This document shows, one piece after another, positions 10,192 through 18,639 of a DNA stretch of 64,000 nt. The notes under the pieces were generated by a model. The model saw nothing but the letters and a program-made list of their open reading frames with translations. It was not told the origin of the DNA and did no database searches. The stretch spans positions 1,237 to 65,236 of the forward strand of contig JADFXX010000006.1 in assembly GCA_015233335.1 (NCBI GenBank). The letters are read 5' to 3'. The DNA is from Candidatus Omnitrophota bacterium (GTDB taxonomy: Bacteria; Omnitrophota; Gorgyraeia; Zapsychrales; Fredricksoniimonadaceae). Position 1 is the first letter of the stretch; every line of letters starts with the position of its first letter. Both the position numbers and the translations under genes were made by a program.

Positions 10192-11598
10192 TTATCCTCC
10201 GTTAACTGTTTTTTTCAGGACCACCAATCCCAAATCTTTTAACTGTTTAGCATCCACATCAGACGGCGCGTCCGTCATCAGGCATGTCCCCTTCTGGGTC
10301 TTGGGAAAAGCAATGCAGTCCCGGATGGATTCATGGCCTGTGATGATGGTCACAAGACGGTCAATGCCGTAGGCGACCCCTGCATGGGGCGGCGCGCCGT
10401 ATTCAAAAGCCTTAAGCAAAAACCCGAAGCGCTTTTCTGCCTCCTCGGGGGCGATTCCGATCGTGTCAAAAATCTTCTGTTGTAATTCCCGACGGTGGAT
10501 ACGCACCGACCCGCTGCCTATCTCATTGCCGTTTAAAACCAGATCATAACAGCGGCCGCGGATTTTGTCCAACTCCCCGGCTTCAAAGCGTGGCAGATCC
10601 TCAGGGTTGATCCCCGTAAAGGGATGGTGCTCAGAATCCCAGCGTTTTTCTTCGTTATTATACTTGAACAAAGGAAAATCCACAACCCACAAAAAGGCAA
10701 ATTCTTTGGGGTTATTTTTGTCCTGACGCGTGTCCGGTTTATCGGAATTATACCGGGCCATCGCCTCGGCATGGGTGATCCGGCCAAAAGGGATCGTCAG
10801 GTCGATATTCAATACTTCTTTAAATATTTTCTGATACATGCGTTCGGTCAAACTCAGGACAAAATCCTGGTCGACAAAAGACATTTCCATATCCAGCTGG
10901 GTAAATTCCGGCTGGCGGTCGGCACGCAGGTCCTCATCGCGGAAACATTTGACAATCTGATAATAGCGGTCCATCCCCGACACCATAAGGATCTGCTTAA
11001 ACAATTGCGGCGACTGGGGAAGAGCGTAAAAAGTCCCGGGATTTAGTCGGGAGGGAACCAGAAAATCGCGGGCCCCTTCGGGCGTTGATTTAGTCAATAC
11101 CGGCGTTTCGATCTCGGTAAATTTCTCGCCGTTTAAAAAAGACCTCATGGAGGCGCAAAGCTGATGGCGCAGGATCAGAGAATCCCTCACTTTTTTGCGG
11201 CGTATGTCGAGATAACGATAGGTCAGACGCACATCTTCGGCCGCCTCGATATTGTCATCGATCTCAAAAACAGGGACACGAGCGGTGTTTAAGATCTCGA
11301 GCTTTTGGGCCAGAAGTTCAATGTCTCCGGTGATGGCGTCGGGATTGACGTTCTTAGGCGGCCGGACATTGACCGTGCCTGTGATCTTGACGACGAATTC
11401 CGGGCCCAGTTTCTGCGCCTCGTTATGGGCATCAGGGCTGACCGAGGGGACAAAGACCACCTGGGTAATCCCGTAACGGTCGCGGATGTCGATAAAAATA
11501 AGTTTGCCGTGGTCACGCCGGCGATGCACCCAGCCGCAGAGCGTCACTTGCTCATCTTTAAAATTCTTATTCAATTCTCCGCACGTATGCGTTCTCAT
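10192..11598 (-). CDS. aspS: Aspartyl-tRNA synthetase, bacterial-type but short (468 aa)
   Basis: Bacterial-type N-terminus MRTHTCGEL...CGWVHRRRDHG. Class II motif 2 FRDEDLRADRQPEFTQLD and motif 3 GVAYGIDRL. The insertion domain between SDKPD and HHPFT is missing. Confidence 0.9.
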   Translation of the reverse strand: MRTHTCGELNKNFKDEQVTLCGWVHRRRDHGKLIFIDIRDRYGITQVVFVPSVSPDAHNEAQKLGPEFVVKITGTVNVRPPKNVNPDAITGDIELLAQKLEILNTARVPVFEIDDNIEAAEDVRLTYRYLDIRRKKVRDSLILRHQLCASMRSFLNGEKFTEIETPVLTKSTPEGARDFLVPSRLNPGTFYALPQSPQLFKQILMVSGMDRYYQIVKCFRDEDLRADRQPEFTQLDMEMSFVDQDFVLSLTERMYQKIFKEVLNIDLTIPFGRITHAEAMARYNSDKPDTRQDKNNPKEFAFLWVVDFPLFKYNNEEKRWDSEHHPFTGINPEDLPRFEAGELDKIRGRCYDLVLNGNEIGSGSVRIHRRELQQKIFDTIGIAPEEAEKRFGFLLKAFEYGAPPHAGVAYGIDRLVTIITGHESIRDCIAFPKTQKGTCLMTDAPSDVDAKQLKDLGLVVLKKTVNGG

Positions 11599-11613
11599 AT
11601 CAACCTTTCTATA

Positions 11614-11758
11614 CAGCGGGTCCTGTCTAGGCCTTGATGTTAAGGTGCTCCTAATTAAAATGCGTACGTTACAGCCTTATAGAACGGAGATCCCCTTGTT
11701 CGCCCTAACATCAGTCACCGTCCGCCCCTTAACATCAATTCCGAGCCACCCGCCGCCG
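11614..11758. repeat. Family A structured intergenic element, copy 1 (divergent subtype)
   Basis: Termini GCGGGTCCTGTC.../...GCCACCCGCC. Helix CCTTGATGTTAAGG / CCTTAACATCAA. Conserved AAGGTGCTCCT. Lies between the hisS stop and the aspS start. Confidence 0.75.
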
Positions 11759-11771
11759 CAATTTTCCTGGA

Positions 11772-13049
11772 TTAATTACACAGCTTATCTTTTAAACTGC
11801 TTACTAGATTCTCTACGGCCAATGTTTCCTGCTGGCCTGTGCGCATATCCTTGAGCGACACGGTATTGTTCTTTATTTCTTCTTCTCCTAAAATCAGGGC
11901 AAAACGCGCACCGGCTTTGTCACAACGGCCCATCTGGGACTTCATAGACCCGACGGTGAAACTCATATCCGCGCGGATTGCCTCACGGCGCAGTTCCTGC
12001 AATATCAAAAACCCCCGAGACTGGTATTCTTCCTTCATGGCAATGACAAAAGCATCCAAACCCTTGGGCTTTGATGCCGCCTTGCCGCTTGCGAGCAAAA
12101 TACGTTCTATACCTAAGGCAAAACCAATAGCCCCGTAATTGATCTTTTCATTCCCGCCTAATTCCTGCACCAGTCCGTTATAACGGCCGCCGGCACCCAC
12201 CGCATCCTGACTGCCCAGACCTTCGGCCGTGATCTCAAAAACCGTATGGGTGTAATAATCGAGGCCCCTCACCAGATGCGCGGACACCTCAAAAGCCACC
12301 CCTATGCCCTTAAGAGAAGCCTGCACCTGCCCGAAATAATCCTGACTTTCGGGGGACAATGGCAGATCTTTCACAACTGCAGCCACTTCTTTACGACAGG
12401 ATTCATTCTTGCAATCTAATACTCGAAACACATTGCGTTCAAAACGGTTTTGGCACTCTTCACATAAATTGTCTTTATGATGAGCAAAAGTCTCACGCAG
12501 CCATAGGGATATATGGGCTTTATCTTCCCGGGAGCCTAAACTATTGATCTTAAGCCGCAGGCCCTTGACCCCGAATTCTTTTAACAGATGCATGGCCAGA
12601 GCTATCAGCTCAGCATCAAGGAAGGCCGAAGTTGAATTAGGTCCAATGGCCTCGGCTCCGATCTGGTGGAACTGGCGCAGACGGCCTTTTTGAGGGCGTT
12701 CGCCGCGGAACATCGCTCCTATATAAAATAATTTTGATAAGCTTTCCTTACCATCCATCGAGTTTTCAATATAAGAACGTACAACAGCCGCAGTCCCCTC
12801 CGGACGAAGGGCATAACCTTCATCTTCTTTTGAGCCGGCCAGTTCTAAAAGCTGTTTATTGACTACGTCGCTGGCGGCCCCCAGAGATCTTTTGAAAAGA
12901 TTGATATCTTCATAAATGGGCGTACGGATTTCCCGATAGCCGTAGGATTGGCAGACAAGCCGGGCCTTGGATTCTAATTCTTCCCAGAGACCGGCTTGAT
13001 CGGGTAATATGTCGGATGTCCCGCGGGGGACTGCGAATTTTTTGGGCAT
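11772..13049 (-). CDS. hisS: Histidyl-tRNA synthetase
   Basis: 425 aa with PRGTSDILP, FRGERPQKGRLRQFHQ and GGRYNGL motifs. Confidence 0.9.
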   Translation of the reverse strand: MPKKFAVPRGTSDILPDQAGLWEELESKARLVCQSYGYREIRTPIYEDINLFKRSLGAASDVVNKQLLELAGSKEDEGYALRPEGTAAVVRSYIENSMDGKESLSKLFYIGAMFRGERPQKGRLRQFHQIGAEAIGPNSTSAFLDAELIALAMHLLKEFGVKGLRLKINSLGSREDKAHISLWLRETFAHHKDNLCEECQNRFERNVFRVLDCKNESCRKEVAAVVKDLPLSPESQDYFGQVQASLKGIGVAFEVSAHLVRGLDYYTHTVFEITAEGLGSQDAVGAGGRYNGLVQELGGNEKINYGAIGFALGIERILLASGKAASKPKGLDAFVIAMKEEYQSRGFLILQELRREAIRADMSFTVGSMKSQMGRCDKAGARFALILGEEEIKNNTVSLKDMRTGQQETLAVENLVSSLKDKLCN

Positions 13050-13056
13050 ATATTAT

Positions 13057-13138
13057 GTCATTCTGAGCGTAGCGAAGGATCTCTTCATAAGAGATCCTTC
13101 GGCCGTTGCCTCAGGATGACCCCTGACATTTCGTCAGG
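13057..13138. repeat. Short palindromic repeat pair (GTCATTCTGAGCG..GAAGGATCTC type) plus small hairpin
   Basis: gtcattctgagcgtagcgaaggatctc and its inverted partner gagatccttcggccgttgcctcaggatgac form a hairpin. A second hairpin, cctgacatttcgtcagg, follows. The right half is homologous to 39228-39277. Confidence 0.7.
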
Positions 13139-13140
13139 TG

Positions 13141-13413
13141 TCATTTGACCTTCTGCTTCATTTCTAAACCAGATTTAAATACCACTACTTTCCGGGGAGG
13201 GACGGGAACACTTTGTCCTGTGCGGGGATTGCGGCCGAAACGGGCACGGCGCTCTTTGATCTTAAAAACTCCAAAATTACGTAACTCCACCTTGTCGCCT
13301 TTCATCAACGAATCGACGATGACATCAAAAGTTTTCTGAACGATCTTTTTAACGTCCACCTGTTTGATGCCGGTTGCATCAGTAATTTTTAATACAATGT
13401 CCTTTTTGGTCAT
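13141..13413 (-). CDS. hup: HU/IHF-family DNA-binding protein
   Basis: 90 aa with RNFGVFKIKERRARFGRNPRTGQSVPVPPRKVVVFKSG, the arm signature of the HU/IHF fold. Confidence 0.9.
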   Translation of the reverse strand: MTKKDIVLKITDATGIKQVDVKKIVQKTFDVIVDSLMKGDKVELRNFGVFKIKERRARFGRNPRTGQSVPVPPRKVVVFKSGLEMKQKVK

Positions 13414-13471
13414 TACGACTCTCCTGATTGGAGCCCCACTTAAGGGTCCATAATTAAATTTAATTGCAACT

Positions 13472-13500
13472 ATCGTACCAGCAAGGACTTACAGTGTCAA
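13472..13500 (-). promoter_or_regulatory. Candidate sigma70 promoter for the HU gene
   Basis: The minus strand reads TTGACA, a 17-nt spacer, then TACGAT, about 60 nt upstream of the ATG at 13413. Confidence 0.35.
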
Positions 13501-13520
13501 ATTCTTTTTGGCCACGGCCT

Positions 13521-13910
13521 TTATTCTTTGATTTCCTGCTCTAAAGCATTAAAAATGCTTTCTGCCAGACGATCATTGCGCGCCTTAGGGCCAAATCGGA
13601 TTTCCACGTCGCAGATATTTTCAAAACAATGGACAAAAACGTTCAAATGCTTCTTCCTGCCGGCCATGATCAACACATTCTGGTATCCATTATTTTCATA
13701 GCGCTCATCACGCTCGAAAACCTCCGGGTCAACCTCTCGGCTCACCTCCCAGCCTTTATGGTGCAGGACTAACAGGACACAACTGGTGACCTTCTCAAAG
13801 GTGCCGTATATTTTCCGCACGTAAGGATGCTCGGACTTAACATAGTCCGTCATCGACACCGATGCGCATCCAACGAACACAAGTATAAGCAATACCCCTA
13901 AGTAGCGCAT
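13521..13910 (-). CDS. Hypothetical lipoprotein
   Basis: Likely start MRYLGVLLILVFVGCASV (lipobox). The track ORF extends to 14015 into the upstream gene. Confidence 0.5.
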   Translation of the reverse strand: MRYLGVLLILVFVGCASVSMTDYVKSEHPYVRKIYGTFEKVTSCVLLVLHHKGWEVSREVDPEVFERDERYENNGYQNVLIMAGRKKHLNVFVHCFENICDVEIRFGPKARNDRLAESIFNALEQEIKE

Positions 13911-13914
13911 ATTC

Positions 13915-14220
13915 TTAACAGATTTTCCCGTGCTTATAGGGACGTAGTTTATTTTTCTCGGATTTCCTGATGATCTCGGATTGAATATCAATGCCCAGCC
14001 CCCCGCACAGATCAAATAAACGGATCAGGGTATCGGCTAACTCCTCGCGGAAATTATCCTGGTCCTGATGCCGGTGGGCCTCCATGGCCTCGGCTAATTC
14101 AGTCACAACAAGCATCAGAGCTTCCCCTATATTACGGTCCTGATCCCAAAAACCTTTTTCCTTAGCAATACTGTGGCAGAGCTCGCACCATTCTTTTAGA
14201 CTCAATTTATCATAATCCAT
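13915..14220 (-). CDS. MazG-like nucleotide pyrophosphohydrolase (small all-alpha NTP-PPase)
   Basis: EALMLVVTELAEAMEAHR and REELADTLIRLFDL helices are typical of the MazG/NTP-PPase fold. Likely start MDYDKLSLKEW. Confidence 0.6.
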   Translation of the reverse strand: MDYDKLSLKEWCELCHSIAKEKGFWDQDRNIGEALMLVVTELAEAMEAHRHQDQDNFREELADTLIRLFDLCGGLGIDIQSEIIRKSEKNKLRPYKHGKIC

Positions 14221-14230
14221 ACATAGTCTC

Positions 14231-14920
14231 CTATTTTTCAGCCCGTCCCAAAAAATCAACCATATCTTGCGCCAAAGGGGCCTCGGCGCAGAGCATTCCT
14301 GTGCCTTTAATGTCCGGCCATTCTAAACGCAAGGCATGCAGTGCCGTACGCCTGAACCTTAGGGCAAAGTCGCGCCTGAACGCATACTTGTCTTCCCCCA
14401 CCAGAGGATGACCAATCTTGGAAAAGTGGATACGGATCTGATTGGTCCTTCCGGTGACAGGCATGACCCGGACCACAGTAAAATTTTTGTAATACTCGAT
14501 CACCTCAAAATGCGTCAGAGCGCTTTGGGCCGGAAGATGAGGCGCAAATTTGCGCTGATGAAAATCTTTGATGGGAATGCGGATCTTGCCGCTTTGTTCC
14601 TTGAGATGACCATGAACAAAAGCGATATATGTTTTTTTAACTTTTTTTTCTTTAAAAAACTGCATCAGTCTCTGCTGACATTCACGGCCACGGGCAAATA
14701 GGATAACCCCTGAGGTGTCGCGGTCAAGCCTGTGCGCCGGATATAAACGGCCCTCCTCCCCTTGCTGTCCATTGACCAAATCAACCAAGGTGTGATGTTC
14801 GTTCTTATCGGTAGGTATGACCAAAAGCCCTGATGGTTTGTTGAACACCAGACAATTCTCGTCTTGGTAAATGACGGGAACCTGGACCTTAGGCGCTGGG
14901 TGGGTTGCTTTGATGTTCAT
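14231..14920 (-). CDS. RluA-family pseudouridine synthase
   Basis: 229 aa with catalytic HRLDRDTSGV. Confidence 0.85.
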   Translation of the reverse strand: MNIKATHPAPKVQVPVIYQDENCLVFNKPSGLLVIPTDKNEHHTLVDLVNGQQGEEGRLYPAHRLDRDTSGVILFARGRECQQRLMQFFKEKKVKKTYIAFVHGHLKEQSGKIRIPIKDFHQRKFAPHLPAQSALTHFEVIEYYKNFTVVRVMPVTGRTNQIRIHFSKIGHPLVGEDKYAFRRDFALRFRRTALHALRLEWPDIKGTGMLCAEAPLAQDMVDFLGRAEK

Positions 14921-15059
14921 CCAAATGCTCGTGGATCAAATCCGTTAAATAATTAATCTTCCGGATGAGCAGGATAGGAAACACGATCATCCACACCTGA
15001 AAAGCCAAAGCCAAAATCGCCTGAAATGGGGTTACGGATAAATTAATTGTATTTTCCAT
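14889..15059 (-). CDS. Candidate 56-aa single-TM small protein (below the ORF-track cutoff)
   Basis: Manual translation: MENTINLSVTPFQAILALAFQVWMIVFPILLIRKINYLTDLIHEHLDEHQSNPPSA. It overlaps the PilZ gene end by 17 nt and the rluA-family start by 32 nt, suggesting translational coupling. Confidence 0.3.
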   Translation of the reverse strand: MENTINLSVTPFQAILALAFQVWMIVFPILLIRKINYLTDLIHEHLDEHQSNPPSA

Positions 15060-15438
15060 GGTCTTTGTTATTGGTTACACTCTCTATAAATTCACTGATG
15101 TTCCGGGTGTCCTTGGGCGCGATATCGCTAAAGAAAATCGCTGTATCAAAATAATCTTTGGAATCCGCAGCTGCCTCGACCCTTACCACAATCCCCTGAC
15201 AGGTGATCCTTTTAGTCGTGACCTTGTCATTTTTACGCATGGGTAGAAGCAAATGGATCCGCAGACGGGTCATCGGCTCAAGCCTCTGACTGACACGGCA
15301 ATACGCCCCGGAACAGCTTAAGTTCTTGGTCTCTGTGAGAATATCCCCCAGATCACTGGTTATTTTGAGCGGGATTTTCTCTTCTAGACGGGGATTACGA
15401 CGCTTCTCCTGAGGCCAAGGTGCCGATGGTTGCGGCAT
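15043..15438 (-). CDS. PilZ-domain protein (c-di-GMP receptor type)
   Basis: RRNPR (RxxxR) and NLSCSG (D/NxSxxG) motifs. Confidence 0.7.
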   Translation of the reverse strand: MPQPSAPWPQEKRRNPRLEEKIPLKITSDLGDILTETKNLSCSGAYCRVSQRLEPMTRLRIHLLLPMRKNDKVTTKRITCQGIVVRVEAAADSKDYFDTAIFFSDIAPKDTRNISEFIESVTNNKDHGKYN

Positions 15439-15444
15439 AAACCC

Positions 15445-15648
15445 TTACTTCCCTTCTTTGGATTGCTCCGCTGAAGCGGATGCCTCACTCGCTGCCGCTT
15501 TAGCCGTGGCCTGGGCTTTTTTAAAACAATTGTTATTGCAATAATAGGCACCGTTGCGATAAAAGCGCCTTGCCTTTTTTAACGGTTTTTTACATACGGG
15601 ACAATTCTTTACTTCTTCGACCACTGGGGCTTGGGGGGCATCTGCCAT
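15445..15648 (-). CDS. Small zinc-ribbon protein
   Basis: 67 aa with CPVCKK...YYCNNNC and an Ala/Ser/Glu-rich tail. Sandwiched between two PilZ genes. Confidence 0.45.
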   Translation of the reverse strand: MADAPQAPVVEEVKNCPVCKKPLKKARRFYRNGAYYCNNNCFKKAQATAKAAASEASASAEQSKEGK

Positions 15649-15654
15649 AACTGT

Positions 15655-16011
15655 TTAACTCCTTGCTTGATTTGTTGATTCCAATTGGTTTGTTTTGATA
15701 TAATGACCGATAGACCTTATCACTTCTTCATCATAAACAAATTTAATTCCGATCTCGTAACAATCGACAGCCAAAACTTCCCGCACCCGGACCACTTGGC
15801 CTTTGACCCAGACGACTTCGGGATGCGGCCCTAAAGAGATCTGCATTTCTAATAAAGTTCCTATCGGGACGAAGCCCAAAACCCTTAAAGATATGCCGCT
15901 TAAACTGATGTTCCCTGCGACACTGCCATTCACTGTCACTTCCGGATAGGTATTATACCCTACAGGCTGGCAAAACAAATAACGCGGATGGGCCCGCTTG
16001 TCCTCATACAT
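15655..16011 (-). CDS. PilZ-domain protein
   Basis: RAHPR (RxxxR) and NISLSG (D/NxSxxG) motifs. Confidence 0.7.
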   Translation of the reverse strand: MYEDKRAHPRYLFCQPVGYNTYPEVTVNGSVAGNISLSGISLRVLGFVPIGTLLEMQISLGPHPEVVWVKGQVVRVREVLAVDCYEIGIKFVYDEEVIRSIGHYIKTNQLESTNQARS

Positions 16012-16067
16012 AATTTTTATAGTATAGCAGAATCAAGTTCCTGTACAATATAAAAAAAGCTCCGATT

Positions 16068-16106
16068 TAAAAAAAGGTCGGGCGGTAACCTTGCGATCAC
16101 CGCCCA
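16068..16106 (-). terminator. Intrinsic terminator (end of candidate sRNA or leader)
   Basis: Minus strand GGGCGGUGA-UCGCAAGG-UUACCGCCC stem-loop followed by GACCUUUUUUU. Confidence 0.55.
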
Positions 16107-16254
16107 GTGGATGCCGTCCCGCCCCATTTCGGAACGGCGAGGGAGATCTTATTATCTATTCCCTTTGGGATATACCTCCCGGGGTCTACTTAAAGGATAC
16201 CACCCTTTTTGGGAAAAACAAGGCAAGGGGGGAGATTTTAAGAAAACGCTACCA
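16107..16254 (-). ncRNA. Candidate structured RNA (unclassified sRNA or riboswitch-like leader)
   Basis: GC-rich stretch between two minus-strand terminators. Local hairpins: CCCAAAGGG, GGGAG..CUCCC, GCCGU..ACGGC. No ORF is present. It sits upstream of a PilZ gene. Confidence 0.3.
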
Positions 16255-16286
16255 ATAAAAACCCCGTCGGAGAAATCCAACGGGGT
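16255..16286 (-). terminator. Intrinsic terminator after yceI-family gene
   Basis: Minus strand CCCCGUUGG-AUUUCU-CCGACGGGG followed by UUUUUAUU. Confidence 0.6.
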
Positions 16287-16313
16287 TTAAAATCGGGATA
16301 AAATTCTGGATAA

Positions 16314-16889
16314 TTATTTCTGGTCAGCTTCGATACTGATATTGACCAGGACATCATTGGAGACAGCCACACCGCCTTGATCAAGGATTTTATTCCAATT
16401 GATGCCGTAGTCCTGACGATTGACCGTGACGGAGCCCGTAATGCCGATGGCTTGAGAGCCCATCATGGTCTTGACCGGACCGGAAATGGTGACCGGGATC
16501 GTCACTTCGCGGGTCACCCCTTTCATCGTCAAATGACCCGTAATGGCCGAGGAGGTGAACTTTGTGCTGACAAAGGTGATCTTAGGAAATTTCTCCGCAT
16601 CAAAAAAATCCGGGCTTTTTAGGTGAGCATCACGCTTGTCAATGCGGGTATTAATACTGGAAACATCAATGGTGATATTTGCCTTAGCATTATTCAAATC
16701 AGCCGGACTGTAGGTGATCTGCCCTTCAAATTTGTCAAAATTGCCCGGCACATTGCTGATCATCATATGCTTGACCGTAAATCCAAAAGTCGTATGTGCG
16801 GGATCAATCGTATAAGTGTCCGCCGCAAAAACAGCGGGCGCTATTAATAGGGAAAAGACCATGAGAACTGCTTGGATTGTTTGACGCAT
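16314..16889 (-). CDS. YceI-family periplasmic protein
   Basis: 191 aa with a signal peptide. YTIDPAHTTFGFTVKHMMISNVPGNF is typical of the YceI lipocalin-like fold. Confidence 0.85.
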   Translation of the reverse strand: MRQTIQAVLMVFSLLIAPAVFAADTYTIDPAHTTFGFTVKHMMISNVPGNFDKFEGQITYSPADLNNAKANITIDVSSINTRIDKRDAHLKSPDFFDAEKFPKITFVSTKFTSSAITGHLTMKGVTREVTIPVTISGPVKTMMGSQAIGITGSVTVNRQDYGINWNKILDQGGVAVSNDVLVNISIEADQK

Positions 16890-16900
16890 AGGAAGCCTCC

Positions 16901-17674
16901 TTAATTTTTTATACCGATACCTTTTTTGAACAAAAATAGATTAACTAACCCTAAGATGATTGTCAAGATAACTAATACACCCAGACAAAAAAACGGATCC
17001 ACATCCGAAAACCCGAAAAACCCATACCTGAAACCGTTAACCATATAAACCAGCGGATTATACAAAGATGCTTTCTGGCATAATTCCGGCAGGCTGTGAA
17101 TGGAATAAAAGACCCCGCCCAGATAAATAAAGGGAGTCAGGATAAAATTCTGAAAAAACGCCACTTCATCGAAATTGCGCGCATACATACCGTTGATCAA
17201 GGCCGCCTGAGAAAAGACCACCGCGCTTAAAGTCATGAACAACAAAATCGCCCACCAATGGGTCACCACCGGATGCACAAAAAACAAAGAAACCAAGAAG
17301 ACCAAAACCCCCACGACGATACCGCGCACTACACCGCCTAGGACATACCCGGCAATAATGACCCAGTCGGGCGTAGGAGACACTAACACTTCTTCGATAT
17401 TGCGCTGGAATTTGGCCCCAAAAAAAGAACTGACCACATTGCCATAGGAGTTGCTGATCACCGCCATCATCACAAGCCCCGGCACAATAAAGGCCATATA
17501 GCTGACCCCGTTAATGGCCCTGACCTGTGAGCCTATGAATTTCCCAAATATAACAAAATACAAGGTCTGGGTGATCAAGGGCGGCAGAAGCGTCTGGCTC
17601 CAGATCCGTATGATCCGGGTGGTTTCCTTGCGAACAATGGTTTTTAACGCAATGTAATGCTCGTAGCTGATCAT
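16901..17674 (-). CDS. ABC-2 type transporter permease
   Basis: 257 aa, six hydrophobic segments, 4-nt overlap with the upstream ATPase gene. Confidence 0.8.
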   Translation of the reverse strand: MISYEHYIALKTIVRKETTRIIRIWSQTLLPPLITQTLYFVIFGKFIGSQVRAINGVSYMAFIVPGLVMMAVISNSYGNVVSSFFGAKFQRNIEEVLVSPTPDWVIIAGYVLGGVVRGIVVGVLVFLVSLFFVHPVVTHWWAILLFMTLSAVVFSQAALINGMYARNFDEVAFFQNFILTPFIYLGGVFYSIHSLPELCQKASLYNPLVYMVNGFRYGFFGFSDVDPFFCLGVLVILTIILGLVNLFLFKKGIGIKN

Positions 17675-18609
17675 TTTCTGAGTATCTCCAAAAATAATTT
17701 CTCCAGACGGTTGCCTTTAGGGTGAAAATCCGTGATCACAAAACCGCTTTGGGCCAATTTAAGGATGAGCTCATTGAGCTCTTCCCGTTTTTGGATCTCA
17801 ATATCGAGCGTGTGCTCATCTATTTGAACGGGATTATACGCGCGGACACCTTCCAAAGAGAGCATTTCCTTGACGGTCACACGGTAGGTGTCCTGAGGGA
17901 TCGTCCTTAAAAGGTTGCGGACACTGTCGAGACGCACAATTTCACCTTCCTTGATGATGGCACATTTGCGGCACATTTGCTCGACTTCTTCCAGATAATG
18001 GGTGGTCAGAAGAATGGTCGTGCCCGAAGCATTGATCTCGCTTAAATATTTCCACATGCCGTGGCGCAGTTCGACATCCACTCCTGCGGTGGGTTCGTCT
18101 AAGATCAGCATGCGCGGATGATGGATCAGGCCCCGCGCTATCATCAACCGGCGCTTCATACCACCCGACAGGGTGCGGGCCATGGCTTTGCGTTTTTCCC
18201 AGAGCCCTACCCTTTTGAGGATCTCTTGGGAGTCTTTCAAAGCAATTTTATAGTCAATGCCGAAATATCCTGCCTGATTGACCACGATGTCCTGTACCTG
18301 CTCAAACATATTGAAATTGAACTCCTGCGGAACAACACCGATGCATTTCTTGGCGGCTTCAAAATCAGTGTCGATGCTGTGCCCAAAAATCTTGACACTG
18401 CCTTGAGACTTGGTGACCAAGCCCGTCAAAATGCCGATGATCGTGGTCTTGCCGGCGCCATTGGCCCCCAACAGTGCAAAAAAATCGCCATCAGCGACGG
18501 TCAGATCAACCCCTTTAAGCGCCTTGGTCCCGGTGCGGTAAGTCTTGACTAAATTCTTGATTTCAATTGCGTTCATGTTTAACCTATTCATCCTTCCCTT
18601 ACCGCTCAC
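17671..18609 (-). CDS. ABC transporter ATP-binding protein
   Basis: GANGAGKTT, LSGGMKRRL and LILDEPT motifs. The start may be an internal Met (MNAIEIKNL). Confidence 0.9.
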   Translation of the reverse strand: MSGKGRMNRLNMNAIEIKNLVKTYRTGTKALKGVDLTVADGDFFALLGANGAGKTTIIGILTGLVTKSQGSVKIFGHSIDTDFEAAKKCIGVVPQEFNFNMFEQVQDIVVNQAGYFGIDYKIALKDSQEILKRVGLWEKRKAMARTLSGGMKRRLMIARGLIHHPRMLILDEPTAGVDVELRHGMWKYLSEINASGTTILLTTHYLEEVEQMCRKCAIIKEGEIVRLDSVRNLLRTIPQDTYRVTVKEMLSLEGVRAYNPVQIDEHTLDIEIQKREELNELILKLAQSGFVITDFHPKGNRLEKLFLEILRK

Positions 18610-18639
18610 TTATAGCCTTTGTAACACTACGCAAGCGGG

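Noticed and set aside
11614-11758. T-box or amino-acid-responsive leader upstream of aspS, or more generally the family A element as a riboswitch
   Set aside because: The same element precedes functionally unrelated genes (addB-like, mtnP, ctaA, coxIII, a small secreted protein). It has no recognisable T-box/specifier features, and no terminator or anti-terminator follows it.
16107-16254. Identification of the yceI-pilZ intergenic RNA as SRP (4.5S), 6S, tmRNA or a c-di-GMP riboswitch
   Set aside because: No GGAA/AGCA domain IV motif, no tRNA-like CCA-proximal end and no GGCAAACC/ACGCACAG-type GEMM blocks appear in the right order. It is kept only as an unclassified candidate.
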